Translations under genes and position numbers: made by a program
The notes under the pieces: model-generated
The model's database searches: none
Told to the model about the DNA's origin: nothing
Seen by the model: only the letters and a program-made list of their open reading frames with translations
NCBI GenBank assembly: GCA_965214415.1
Contig: CBDCBQ010000003.1
Span: 162,091 to 226,090 of the forward strand
Length of the DNA stretch: 64,000 nt
DNA from: an uncultured Lichenihabitans sp.
GTDB taxonomy: Bacteria > Pseudomonadota > Alphaproteobacteria > Rhizobiales > Beijerinckiaceae
Direction: 5' to 3'
Shown here: positions 19,925-29,106 of the stretch, piece by piece
Numbering within the stretch: the stretch's first letter is position 1
Layout of the letters: the number at the start of each line of letters is the position of its first letter

Positions 19925-20820
19925 AGATCGATCCTCATCCCGTCGTAGCCGACCTCCCAGCCTGAGGCCTCGGCGCTCGCCCGCTCCCTCGAATCGTCGA
20001 TGAGGACCGGGTTCGTGTTGTTGATGTGCAGGAAGATTCGACGGCGCGCGCCGACGTCGGCAAGGCCTTCGATCGAGCCGCCCTCGCCCGACATCGGCAC
20101 ATGGCCCATGCGCCGCGCGCTCTTGTGGCCGAGCCCCGCGTCGATCATCTCGTTGTCCGTCCACAACGTGCCGTCGAACAAGAGCACGTCGGCGCCGGCG
20201 ATGCGCGCCTTGACGGCTTGCGTCACCTCGGCGCAGCCCGGGATGTAGAGCATCCGCTTGCCGTCGGCGACGATGTCGAGCCCGACGGTCGTCTCGGTCG
20301 CCTCGCCGATCTTCATCGTCTCGTCCTCGAGCCACAGCGGCACCTTGCCGGGCACGGCGAACATCTCGACGCGCATGCCGGGCACCGCCTCGAACGGCTC
20401 GCCCAGCACGATCGGCAGCCGCGGCACGATCTCCGGCGCCGCGACGGAAAAGATTCGATTGGCGTCGACCGACTCGCGCGTCGCGTTCGTCGCGTAGAGC
20501 TTGAATGGCTGGCTCTCGCGCAGCGTGAGTAGCCCCGCGACATGGTCGACGTCGCCGTTGGTGAGCAGCACGGCCGCGATCGGCGAATGGCGCGCGCCAT
20601 GGCGCGGATGCAACTCGGAGGTGGCGGCGATCTGCTGGCGGATGTCCGGCGACGCGTTGACGACCAACCAATTCTCGCCGTCCGACGTGAGCGCCAGGCT
20701 CGATTGGGTGCGCGACGCGACGCGGGGATCACCCGCGCGCGCCAGTTCGCACACGTGGCAGCGGCAATTCCATTGCGGAACGCCGCCGCCCGCCGCGGAG
20801 CCGAGGATGACCGCTTTCAT
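19921..20820 (-). CDS. pqqB: PQQ biosynthesis protein PqqB (MBL fold)
   Basis: MKAVILGSAAGGGVPQWNCRCHVC is the canonical PqqB N-terminus. Confidence 0.95.
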   Translation of the reverse strand: MKAVILGSAAGGGVPQWNCRCHVCELARAGDPRVASRTQSSLALTSDGENWLVVNASPDIRQQIAATSELHPRHGARHSPIAAVLLTNGDVDHVAGLLTLRESQPFKLYATNATRESVDANRIFSVAAPEIVPRLPIVLGEPFEAVPGMRVEMFAVPGKVPLWLEDETMKIGEATETTVGLDIVADGKRMLYIPGCAEVTQAVKARIAGADVLLFDGTLWTDNEMIDAGLGHKSARRMGHVPMSGEGGSIEGLADVGARRRIFLHINNTNPVLIDDSRERASAEASGWEVGYDGMRIDL

Positions 20821-20855
20821 AGCGGTTCTCTTTTATGGGTAGATCGTTTGGTGCC

Positions 20856-20945
20856 TCAGAATTCGACGGTCAGGTCGGCCGAATCGTAGCTCGTGACTTC
20901 CATGCCGACGCAGATTTCTTCGATAACAGGCGCAATCCAGCTCAT
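20856..20945 (-). CDS. pqqA: PQQ precursor peptide PqqA (29 aa; not in the ORF track)
   Basis: The reverse complement reads ATG AGC TGG ... TTC TGA, giving MSWIAPVIEEICVGMEVTSYDSADLTVEF. It contains the conserved E-x-x-x-Y (EVTSY) and lies 35 nt upstream of pqqB. Confidence 0.85.
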   Translation of the reverse strand: MSWIAPVIEEICVGMEVTSYDSADLTVEF

Positions 20946-21138
20946 GCCACTCTCCTCGAAAGATCGTTGTTCCCAGACAAGTTCGCTCAGGTTTCTCTAA
21001 GAAGATCCTAAGACTTATTATCCCGCTTGCTCGCGGGTGAAAGTCATATGTCTTTTTCGGGAAATTTTGGCAAGTATCCGTTAGGTGCGGTCATCGCCGA
21101 TTTTTTTGTCGAACGCATCACCCTCGAGCCGCGGCTCG

Positions 21139-21834
21139 TCAGCGCGCCACCTCGAGCATGAAACCGCGACCGCGCACCGTGGAGATGGTTGGGCCACCGG
21201 CCCTGCCCACGTCGGCGAGCTTGCCGCGCAGGTACCCGATGTACACGTCGACCACATTGAGTGAGGCACTGCCCTGATCGAGCCACAGCTTGTCGAAGAT
21301 CTCGCCGCGCGCGATCGGCTTGTTCGGGCATTCCATGAACAGCGCGAGCAGCTCGGCCTCGCGCTGTGTCAGCTTGGCGACGGTGTCGCGGTAGCGGGCG
21401 TGGCGCGTGTCGGGGTCGAGCGTGAGACCGCCGGCCTCGGAATATTCGGGTTGGGCCCCAACCGCCGCCCGGCGCATCAGCTGGGCGCGCAGGCGCGCCA
21501 CCAGCTCGTCGAAGGCGAACGGCTTGACGATGTAGTCGTCGCCGCCGGCGGCGAGCCCGTCGACCCGGTCCGACACCTCGTCCTTGGCGCTGAGGAACAG
21601 GATCGGTCCGTGGAAGCCCCTTTGGCGCAGGGCGCGACAGAGCTCGTAGCCGGTGCCGTCGGGCAGCATCACGTCGAGCAGGATCGCGGTCGGCGAATGG
21701 CCTGCGATGTATTTCAATGCGTCGTTCGTCGTGTCGACCCAGGTGACGGCAAAGCCGGCGGCGCCGAGGCCGCGATCGAGCAGGGCGCCGATGTCGGGAT
21801 CGTCTTCCACCACCAGGAGGTCGATGTCGGGCAT
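21139..21834 (-). CDS. OmpR-family response regulator
   Basis: Receiver domain (LLVVEDDPDIG...LLDVMLPDGTG) plus a winged-helix C-terminus (...VYIGYLRGKL...TVRGRGFML). Its start overlaps the stop of the upstream kinase gene by 1 nt (both at 21834). Confidence 0.92.
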   Translation of the reverse strand: MPDIDLLVVEDDPDIGALLDRGLGAAGFAVTWVDTTNDALKYIAGHSPTAILLDVMLPDGTGYELCRALRQRGFHGPILFLSAKDEVSDRVDGLAAGGDDYIVKPFAFDELVARLRAQLMRRAAVGAQPEYSEAGGLTLDPDTRHARYRDTVAKLTQREAELLALFMECPNKPIARGEIFDKLWLDQGSASLNVVDVYIGYLRGKLADVGRAGGPTISTVRGRGFMLEVAR

Positions 21835-23432
21835 CACGCGGCAGCCAGCGGGAGGCGGATGAGGATCTCGGCACCATGCGCGGGTGCCGCAACGTCGCGC
21901 AGCTCGACGATGCCGTGGTGGTTGTCCACCACCCACCGAACCAGCGCAAGGCCGATTCCGTAGCCCGCCGTCTTGTCCTTGGCGGCGGGGCGGGCGAACC
22001 GTTCCAGGAGTTCCCGCGGATCGATGCCGCCAAATCCCGGACCGTCGTCGCGGACGCGCAGCAGCGCCGCGTCGCCCTCGGTCGTGCACGACAAGGCGAT
22101 CCGCGTGGCGCCGGTGGCGTGGCGCAGCGCGTTGTCGATCATCCCCTCGATGATCTGGCGCAACCACTCGAAATCGCCCTCGATCACGACATCGGCGGGC
22201 GACGGCTCGAGCACGATCGCGACGTCCCGGCGCCGCGTCGCGCCCTGGAACGCCTCGATCGCGCTGGTGCAGACCGCCTGCAGCGCGATGCGCTTGGATT
22301 GCAGCTCCAGCGTGCCGCTCTCCGAACGGGCGACGCGGAGCATGTCCTCGACGCGGCGCTGCAGACGGGTCGCGCGGCGGCGGATGACGGCGAAAGCGGC
22401 CCCGTTCTCGTCGAGCGTGCGCGCTTGCGCCGCTGGCCCCTCGCGGTGCTGCGCGGCCATCGCGATTTCGCATTCGCCGAGGATGACCGTCAGCGGCGTG
22501 CGCAGCTCGTGGCTGACGTCGGCGAAGAAGCGGCGGCGGCTGCGATCGATGTCGCTCAGCGTGTCGTTCGCCGCGCGCAGATCGCCCGTGCGATCGGCAA
22601 TCGTGCGCTCGAGGGCGGCACGGTCGTCGGCGACGCGTTGCTCGCCGCGCCGCAGTCGCGCGGTCATGCGGTTGAAGACGGCGGCGAGCAGGCCGAGTTC
22701 GTCGCGATTGCGCACCGGCAGGCGCAGGTTGCGCTCGCCCTGGCCGATCGCGATCGCCGCATCGCGGATCTCGGCGACCGCGGCGAGGATCGGCCGCGAG
22801 GTCAGGCGATAAAGCAGCAAAGCGCCGACCAGCGCGATCACGACAAGCACGATCGCCGCCCGCGTCAGGGTCCGCGAGACGACACGCGCCTCCTCGCGGC
22901 CGGCATCGACGCCGCGTCGATCGGCCTGCATCAGAAAGAAGAGGTAAGGCCCGGTGAAGGTCGCGAAACCGTTGAAGGCGCCGCGGATCGAGTCGCCGCG
23001 CTGTTGCTGGTTGGGCTGCGCGAGCGCGTCGCTGACCTGATGGACCATCACGTGGAAGCCGGCGCGTACCTGCTCCAACGGACGGGCGCGCGCGGCCAGC
23101 GCGTTGACGGTCGAGGGAAGGTCGGCCGCGTTCATCGCCTTGGCGATCTCGGGTTCGAAGCTCGCGATCGCCGCGTCGACCGCTGTCTCGGCCTCCTTCA
23201 GGCGGCCGGCGCCGGAGGTCGGATCGTCCACCGTCGAGATCGCCACGAGGCCGTATTGCTGGATGCGGCCGGACATCTCGGTCAGCAGGTCGAGGCGGCG
23301 CTGCGCGTCGAGCGCGCGGTCGACGGTGCGGTCGGTCACGTGAAGCGTATAGATCACGCCGGCGCCCGCCGAAAACGCGATGAACAGGCAGCCGAAGACG
23401 AGCAGGCCGAGCCGGAAGCCGATCGTGCGCAT
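21834..23432 (-). CDS. Sensor histidine kinase (two TM helices, HAMP, HisKA, HATPase)
   Basis: H-box FFADVSHELRTPL, a C-terminal ATPase G-box region (GYGIGLALV) and a periplasmic loop of about 170 aa. Confidence 0.92.
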   Translation of the reverse strand: MRTIGFRLGLLVFGCLFIAFSAGAGVIYTLHVTDRTVDRALDAQRRLDLLTEMSGRIQQYGLVAISTVDDPTSGAGRLKEAETAVDAAIASFEPEIAKAMNAADLPSTVNALAARARPLEQVRAGFHVMVHQVSDALAQPNQQQRGDSIRGAFNGFATFTGPYLFFLMQADRRGVDAGREEARVVSRTLTRAAIVLVVIALVGALLLYRLTSRPILAAVAEIRDAAIAIGQGERNLRLPVRNRDELGLLAAVFNRMTARLRRGEQRVADDRAALERTIADRTGDLRAANDTLSDIDRSRRRFFADVSHELRTPLTVILGECEIAMAAQHREGPAAQARTLDENGAAFAVIRRRATRLQRRVEDMLRVARSESGTLELQSKRIALQAVCTSAIEAFQGATRRRDVAIVLEPSPADVVIEGDFEWLRQIIEGMIDNALRHATGATRIALSCTTEGDAALLRVRDDGPGFGGIDPRELLERFARPAAKDKTAGYGIGLALVRWVVDNHHGIVELRDVAAPAHGAEILIRLPLAAA

Positions 23433-23461
23433 GATGGGCTGCCGAGGCTCGGGTCAGGCGA

Positions 23462-23668
23462 TCAGAGCGCGGTGTCGAGCCGGCTGCGCGGGACGCATTT
23501 CCATTTCTTGATTACCCATTGCGGATGCTCGGTCTGCCAGATCGCGACCGTGCTCTGGCCCTCGACGATGCAGGCGATCGGCGGGCGCTCCTCCACCGTC
23601 TGCTGCACGCGTTCTTCCTTGCAGGTTCCGGGCGAGGCGAGGAGGCAGACGGACAGGATGACGAACAT
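23462..23668 (-). CDS. Small exported Cys-containing protein, paralog A, unknown function
   Basis: The 68-aa product has a hydrophobic N-terminus MFVILSVCLLAS. The pattern is C-x16-C-x10-WQ-x13-C. Confidence 0.45.
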   Translation of the reverse strand: MFVILSVCLLASPGTCKEERVQQTVEERPPIACIVEGQSTVAIWQTEHPQWVIKKWKCVPRSRLDTAL

Positions 23669-23695
23669 GAAACCTCTCGCTCTCGGGACACGCGC

Positions 23696-23917
23696 CTACG
23701 GGTCGGACTTCTCGCGCCGGCACAGCGTCTTGACGTAATTGCCGCCCTTGACGCTCTCCTGCAGGCCGCCGCGCGCGATGATCTCCTGCCAGCCCGTCGA
23801 GCAGCCGAGCTCGTTGCCGACATGCACCGAGCGTAGCACCAGGGCGTTGTTCTCGTCGCACTCCTGCACGGGCGTCGAGCCGAGACAAATGAGCACGATC
23901 GCCGCGAAGCCGTTCAT
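23696..23917 (-). CDS. Small exported Cys-containing protein, paralog B, unknown function
   Basis: The 73-aa product starts at an internal ATG with hydrophobic N-terminus MNGFAAIVLICLGS. The pattern C-x18-C-x3-WQ-x20-C resembles that of its neighbour. Confidence 0.45.
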   Translation of the reverse strand: MNGFAAIVLICLGSTPVQECDENNALVLRSVHVGNELGCSTGWQEIIARGGLQESVKGGNYVKTLCRREKSDP

Positions 23918-24001
23918 TGTGGTGTCCTGGTGCGAAGCTCCCGATGCTCTGTCAGCGCAGATGGGCTCCGTCACCTCTGTCGTTCGGCGGATGCGCGGCG
24001 G

Positions 24002-24340
24002 CTACTTCTTGCAATCGGTCAGCTGCTTCTCGTCGATCGAGAACACCTCGCCATCCTTCACCGCGACGCCCTTCACGAGGCAGGTGCGGCCCTTGGCATC
24101 GATCAGGCGGGCGTCGTAGCTGCCGGACGGCACACCTTGCACCTTCATGCGCTCGTCGTGGTCGACCGAGCCGTCGGGGTCGGCCTTGGCGAGGTCAGGC
24201 CCGAACGTGTCCGTGCCGGTCGGCGCCAGCGCGAAGCTCGTGATCGTGTTCGCGGTCAGGTTCCAGAAACGGGTGGTCTTCGCCGATGCCGGCGCGCCGA
24301 GCGCGAGCAGGGCGATCAAGCCTAGGGGGATCGCGCGCAT
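24002..24340 (-). CDS. Exported 112-aa protein with an acidic DPDGSVDHDE loop, unknown function
   Basis: Signal MRAIPLGLIALLALGAPASA and two Cys. The start overlaps the upstream stop by 1 nt (TGATG). Confidence 0.55.
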   Translation of the reverse strand: MRAIPLGLIALLALGAPASAKTTRFWNLTANTITSFALAPTGTDTFGPDLAKADPDGSVDHDERMKVQGVPSGSYDARLIDAKGRTCLVKGVAVKDGEVFSIDEKQLTDCKK

Positions 24341-25158
24341 CAAATCTGCGCCTGGATGCGCTTGCCGATCTCGTAGGCGCGGCGCTCGAGCAGGCTCGGC
24401 GTCTCGCACACATAGGAGAGCGCCTGCTTGCGCTCCTTGAAGATGCGCTGGTCCCAGCCGAAGTCGGTGTTGGTCTGGTCCCGCGCGAGGCCGAGACCCT
24501 TGGCCGTCGCATCATCCTGCGCCTCGGAGATCTTGTCGGATTCCTCGCGCATCCGCTCGGCGAGGCGCTCCTGGCCACGCGCGTAACGCATGATGCCCTC
24601 GAGGATCTCGGATCGATTGCCGTTGATGATGTCGAGCGTGCCGACGAACAGCTTGGTCAATTGCTTGTCCTTGTCGGGACCCGCCTTCCTGGCGAAGTCG
24701 ACGATGAGGTCGTTGGCCTCGTCGAGCGTCGTGCGGCGCGAGGCGAGCTTCTGCGCCACCTCGGCCAGCGCGTTGTCCTCGTCCCAATCCTTGCCTTGGG
24801 ATACGTCGGGGCCGGTCCAGATCGTGCCGGCGCTGATCGTCGAGACCTTCGGCTGCGCGCAGGGCCATTTGACGGCTGCGTCGGCCGTCGAGGGGGCAAA
24901 AAACGTCGTCGTGCCGGAGTTCTCGTTGGCGCCCGGCAGCACGGTGCCCATGTCGGCCTTCGAGCCGGGCGCGCCCGTGGCCTCCGCGCCGGCCGGCCCC
25001 GCGATCGAGCCGGGCTGCTGGCTCAGTGTCGGCACCTGGCCGGCGGCGGGCGCCGGCGCGTCCGACTGCGGCATCATGCCAGGCACGGGTCCCTGCGCGC
25101 GGGCGGCGCCGACAGACAGAAGCGCCGTGGACGCGAGTAGGAGGGCAAGGTTCCGCAT
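24340..25158 (-). CDS. Exported 272-aa protein (Pro/Ala/Gly-rich N-terminal part, helical C-terminal part), unknown function
   Basis: Signal MRNLALLLASTALLSVGAARA. The gene starts 2 nt after the ABC-2 permease stop. Confidence 0.6.
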   Translation of the reverse strand: MRNLALLLASTALLSVGAARAQGPVPGMMPQSDAPAPAAGQVPTLSQQPGSIAGPAGAEATGAPGSKADMGTVLPGANENSGTTTFFAPSTADAAVKWPCAQPKVSTISAGTIWTGPDVSQGKDWDEDNALAEVAQKLASRRTTLDEANDLIVDFARKAGPDKDKQLTKLFVGTLDIINGNRSEILEGIMRYARGQERLAERMREESDKISEAQDDATAKGLGLARDQTNTDFGWDQRIFKERKQALSYVCETPSLLERRAYEIGKRIQAQI

Positions 25159-25160
25159 GA

Positions 25161-26015
25161 TCAGTCTCCGGGGCCGCCGCGGCGCGCCAGCATGCCGCGA
25201 CCGGGATCGTAGGCGATCGCGGACAATCCGAACGCCACGATGGTGACGCCAACGACGATGGCGAAGGCTGGCAGGTTGAACTCGAGGTAGAGCGCGAAGC
25301 GAACGAGCTCCACCGCATGGGTGAACGGGTTGAGGAGACAGACGACGTAGAGCGTCTGCGAGGCCTCCTGCATCTTCCACAGCGGGTAGAGCGCCGAGGA
25401 GGCGAAGAACATCGGGAAGATGATGAAGTTCATCACGCTCGCGAAGTTCTCGAGCTGCTTGATCTGCGAGGAGACGAGCAGGCCGATGGAGCCGAGCATC
25501 AGGCCCGACAGGATCAGCGCCGGGAACGCCGCGACATACCCCAGCGGGTCGATCTGGATGCCGTAGATATAGGCGACGACGAAGAATACGTAGACCTGAA
25601 CGACGGAGACGATGACGCCGGCGAGCAGCTTGGCGAGCAGCAGCGTCCAGCGGGGGAACGGGCTCGTAAGCAGCACTCGCATCGAGCCGACCTCGCGGTC
25701 GTAGACCATCGACAGCGACGACTGCATGCCGGCGAAAAGCTGGATCATCACAGCCAGCCCCGGCGTGACGTATTCCTCGTAGAGGACATACGTCTGGTAG
25801 GGCGGGATGATCGAGACGCCGAGCGCCGAGCGGAAGCCGGCGGCGAAGATGAACAGCCAGATGAGCGGGCGCACCAGCGCCGAGAAGAACCGCTCCTTCT
25901 GGTTCACGAACTTGAGCAGCTCGCGCTTGGTGATGCCCGCGAGGCAGGTGGCATAGCCCGAGAGCCCGAGCGCGCGGGCCGGGGCTGCGACGGTGTCGGC
26001 GGTCGCGTCGGTCAT
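25161..26015 (-). CDS. ABC-2 type transporter permease (PQQ-dehydrogenase-associated, PedB/Lut-like)
   Basis: Six hydrophobic segments with ABC-2 architecture. The start overlaps the ATPase stop (ATGA). Confidence 0.9.
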   Translation of the reverse strand: MTDATADTVAAPARALGLSGYATCLAGITKRELLKFVNQKERFFSALVRPLIWLFIFAAGFRSALGVSIIPPYQTYVLYEEYVTPGLAVMIQLFAGMQSSLSMVYDREVGSMRVLLTSPFPRWTLLLAKLLAGVIVSVVQVYVFFVVAYIYGIQIDPLGYVAAFPALILSGLMLGSIGLLVSSQIKQLENFASVMNFIIFPMFFASSALYPLWKMQEASQTLYVVCLLNPFTHAVELVRFALYLEFNLPAFAIVVGVTIVAFGLSAIAYDPGRGMLARRGGPGD

Positions 26016-26770
26016 CGCGCCATCTCCGGTCTCGACGTGTCGCGGGTCAGCGCGCGGAAGGCGTCGGCGAGCGAGGCGCCGTCGGCCTTGGCCGAGATCT
26101 CCTCCGAGCGACCGTGCGTGATGATCGCGCCGGCGTTGAGCACGTAGACCGCGTCGCTCGCCTCGATCTCGTCGAAGATGTGCGTGGCCCACAACACCGA
26201 GAGCCCGTCCTCGCGCACGAGATCGCGGACGATGCGCACGATGTCAGAGCGCGACGCGAGATCGAGCCCGACGGTGGCCTCGTCGAGCAGCAGCAGGCGC
26301 GGCCCGTGCACCAGCGAGCGGGCGATCTCGATGCGCCGCGACTGGCCGCCCGACAGCGTGCGCACCTTGTCCCTGGCGCGATCGGAGAGGCCGACGCGGG
26401 CGAGCAGCTCCTCGATGCGTCGGCGCGCGGGCTTGCCCGACATCCCGTGCAGCGACGCGTGGTAGGCGAGGTTCTGGCGCACCGTGAGATCGGAATCGAG
26501 GGTCGGCTTCTGGAACACGACGCCCATCTCGGCGAGCGCGGCGGAGGGCTCGCGCTTCAGCTCGCGGCCGAAGATGCGGACCTGCCCCTCGCGGGTGTTG
26601 TAGAGGCGCGTGATGATGGCAAACAGCGTGGTCTTGCCAGCCCCGTTCGGCCCGAGCAGCGCGGTGAAGGCGCCGCGCTCGACCCGCAACGAGACGTCGC
26701 GCAACGCCTGGCGCTGCCCGAACCGATGCGAGACGTCGGCCACCTCGAGCGCGGGATTGTCGAGCATCAT
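26012..26770 (-). CDS. ABC transporter ATP-binding protein (PQQ-dehydrogenase-associated)
   Basis: Walker A GPNGAGKTT, signature LSGGQSRR and Walker B LLLLDEATVGLD. Confidence 0.93.
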   Translation of the reverse strand: MMLDNPALEVADVSHRFGQRQALRDVSLRVERGAFTALLGPNGAGKTTLFAIITRLYNTREGQVRIFGRELKREPSAALAEMGVVFQKPTLDSDLTVRQNLAYHASLHGMSGKPARRRIEELLARVGLSDRARDKVRTLSGGQSRRIEIARSLVHGPRLLLLDEATVGLDLASRSDIVRIVRDLVREDGLSVLWATHIFDEIEASDAVYVLNAGAIITHGRSEEISAKADGASLADAFRALTRDTSRPEMAR

Positions 26771-26848
26771 GTCATTTCTCGCGTCCTCCCCCGCGGAGCG
26801 GGGGCGGATACGCGCGGCATGGTTGAAAGATGACGCCCATCCTCGACC

Positions 26849-27829
26849 TCAGTTCGGCGAGATCGCCACGCCCCAGGGGTACGAGCCGACCGGGATCGAG
26901 CGCGTCACCTTGAGCTTCGGCACATCGATGACCGAGACGTCGTTCGAGATGCCGTTGGTCGTCAGCAGATATTTCATGTCCGGCGTGAACGCCATCTGCC
27001 AGACGCGCTGGCCGACCAGCAGGTACTTCTCGACCTTGAACGTCTTGGCGTCGACGACGGCGACCCGGTTGGCGGGGCCGAGCGCGATGAAGGCGGTCGT
27101 GCCGTCGGGCGTCAGGCGGATGCCGACCGGCTGGATCGCCTCCGCGTCGACCGAGGGGATCGCGAACGCGATCTGGCCGATGATCTTGCGTGTCTTGGCG
27201 TCGATCACGGTGACCTTGCCGCCGACCTCGGACGACACCCAAACCTGGGAACCGTCCTGGCTGAACACCGCGACGCGCGGGCGCGAGGGCACCAGCACGT
27301 TGGCGACGATCTTCTGCGTCTTGGTGTCGATGAACGTCGCCATGTTCGTCGTCTCGGACGTGTTGACGATCGTGCCGCCGTCCGGGCTGACGCCCTCGCC
27401 CTCCGGCTCGACCCCGACCGGGATCTCGACCAGCGCCTTGTTGGCCGGGACGTCGATGATCGTGACCTGATTGTCGTCCTCGTTCGAGACGTAGAGGTAC
27501 TTGCCGTCCGGGCTGATCGTGAACGTCTCCGGGTCAGGGCCCGACGGCAGCGTGCGCAGCTGCTTCATGGTCTTGGGATCATAGACCTGGATCGTGTCGT
27601 CGTCGGAGGCGCAGATGAAAAGCTGCTTGCCGTCCGGGCTCATGATGATGCCGCGCGGGCGCCGGCCGACGTCGACTGTCTGCGTCACCTTGTAGGTGTC
27701 GAGATCGATGACGCTGACGGTATTGTCCTTCTCGTTGGTGATGTAGGCGGTGTAGCCGAACGCCGTTCCGGCGCCAGCGAGCACGGCCAGGGTCGCCAAC
27801 ACGGCCTTCAGCAGCATCGAACCGGTCAC
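26849..27829 (-). CDS. YVTN-repeat beta-propeller protein (PQQ-dependent catabolism-associated type)
   Basis: Signal peptide followed by repeated ...YITNEKDNTVSVIDL..., ...YVSNEDDNQVTIIDV... and ...LLTTNGISNDVSVIDV... blades. GTG start overlaps the SBP stop. Confidence 0.9.
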   Translation of the reverse strand: MTGSMLLKAVLATLAVLAGAGTAFGYTAYITNEKDNTVSVIDLDTYKVTQTVDVGRRPRGIIMSPDGKQLFICASDDDTIQVYDPKTMKQLRTLPSGPDPETFTISPDGKYLYVSNEDDNQVTIIDVPANKALVEIPVGVEPEGEGVSPDGGTIVNTSETTNMATFIDTKTQKIVANVLVPSRPRVAVFSQDGSQVWVSSEVGGKVTVIDAKTRKIIGQIAFAIPSVDAEAIQPVGIRLTPDGTTAFIALGPANRVAVVDAKTFKVEKYLLVGQRVWQMAFTPDMKYLLTTNGISNDVSVIDVPKLKVTRSIPVGSYPWGVAISPN

Positions 27830-29106
27830 GATTTATCTCCCGAGGGGATCTTGCAGCCGGTCTCCGGCTTGTCGAAACCGAGCGTCTCGAGCGGGCTCAC
27901 CGGATGAAGGAAGCCCGGTTCCGGCGCGATCGAGACGAGCATCTTCGGCTGCACCAGCAGGATCGGTTGCGACAGCTGCCGGTCCCACGGCCGGAAGCGC
28001 ACCGGCACGCCCTTGAATGCGGCGATCTCGAAATCCGGCCGCATCATGTAGTCGGCGATCGTTTTGGGGTCGCCGCTCTTGGCGCGCGTCGCCGCCTCGC
28101 CGATGACGCGGATCGCTTCCCACGCCTGGTAGTCGAGCGGGCGCATCGGCCGCTTGTTGGCGCGCACGAAGCGGCCTTGCAGCTGCGCCGAGCCCCACGC
28201 ATCGAGCACGCGCGACCAGGTCGCCGGGATCAGCCCCTGCGTGCCGCCGACCAGCTTCGGCTCGGACGTGTGGTACTGGATGTAGTCGCCGAAATTGCCG
28301 GCCTCGTCGGCGACGACGATCATGTCGGCGTTGGTCCCGCGCGTGAACACCAGCGCGCTCGCCTGGACCGGGCCGTCGGCGCGGGCGCGCGCCAGCGGGC
28401 CGAGGTCCCACGTCTTGTCGCCGGTCACCTTGACGCCGAACTTTTTCGCCGAGTGTCGCACCGCGTCGGCGTACAGCAGATCCTCGGGGTCCTTCCCGGC
28501 GACGAGGAAGATGCTCGGCCATTTCGAATAGACCAGGAACTGCATCAGCGCGTCGGTGAGCATCGCCCGCGAGGGCGCGATGTCGAAGATGTTGGCGCGA
28601 CAGTCGGCGTTGCGCAGGCTGTCGTCCTGCGACTGGATCGAGTAGAGCGCGGCCGGGCTGTCCTTCAGCGCGTCGGACACCGCCAGCAGGTCCGGCATCG
28701 ACAGGTCCGCGACGATGAGCCCCTCGCCCTTGGCGACCAGCGCCTTGGCGGCGTCGACCGCGGATTGGCCCTTGTTGAGGATCGTCTCGTCGAGCGAGAA
28801 ATCCTGACCGGTGAGCCTTCCCGTCGTCCGCATGTCGCGCATCGCGATCTTGGCGCCGGCGATCCCGATATCGGACGGGTCGGCCTCGTAATCGTAGATC
28901 GGCGGGGCGGGACGGCGGATGCCGAGATAGGCGATCTTGATGGCCTGCGGCGTCTCGCCAGGATTGAGGCCGCCTGGTGCCGGCGCGCCTGCTGCGGGGC
29001 CACCCGGCGCGGGCTCTTGCGCCATCGCCTGCATCGTCGAGACGGTCATGAGGGCGCACGATGCAAACAGCGCCACGCGCGCCAGCGGACGGATGCCTGA
29101 CGTCAA
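27826..29106 (-). CDS. Periplasmic substrate-binding protein of the PQQ-alcohol-dehydrogenase-associated ABC system (start uncertain)
   Basis: Type-1 SBP-like body (IKIAYLGIRRP...LIVADLSMPDLL...). It is the 3' part of the chimeric track ORF 27826..31581. A TTG at 29106 gives signal TSGIRPLARVALFASCALMTVSTMQAMA; the alternative ATG is at 29049. Confidence 0.8.
   Translation of the reverse strand: MTSGIRPLARVALFASCALMTVSTMQAMAQEPAPGGPAAGAPAPGGLNPGETPQAIKIAYLGIRRPAPPIYDYEADPSDIGIAGAKIAMRDMRTTGRLTGQDFSLDETILNKGQSAVDAAKALVAKGEGLIVADLSMPDLLAVSDALKDSPAALYSIQSQDDSLRNADCRANIFDIAPSRAMLTDALMQFLVYSKWPSIFLVAGKDPEDLLYADAVRHSAKKFGVKVTGDKTWDLGPLARARADGPVQASALVFTRGTNADMIVVADEAGNFGDYIQYHTSEPKLVGGTQGLIPATWSRVLDAWGSAQLQGRFVRANKRPMRPLDYQAWEAIRVIGEAATRAKSGDPKTIADYMMRPDFEIAAFKGVPVRFRPWDRQLSQPILLVQPKMLVSIAPEPGFLHPVSPLETLGFDKPETGCKIPSGDKS

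Noticed and set aside
19181-20671. 496-aa ORF suggesting a fused PqqB-PqqC or an extended PqqC
   Set aside because: The N-terminal 249 residues are an Arg-rich off-frame translation of pqqB. The canonical PqqC begins at the internal MNNLLTPDEL (19924), with an ATGA overlap to the real pqqB frame.
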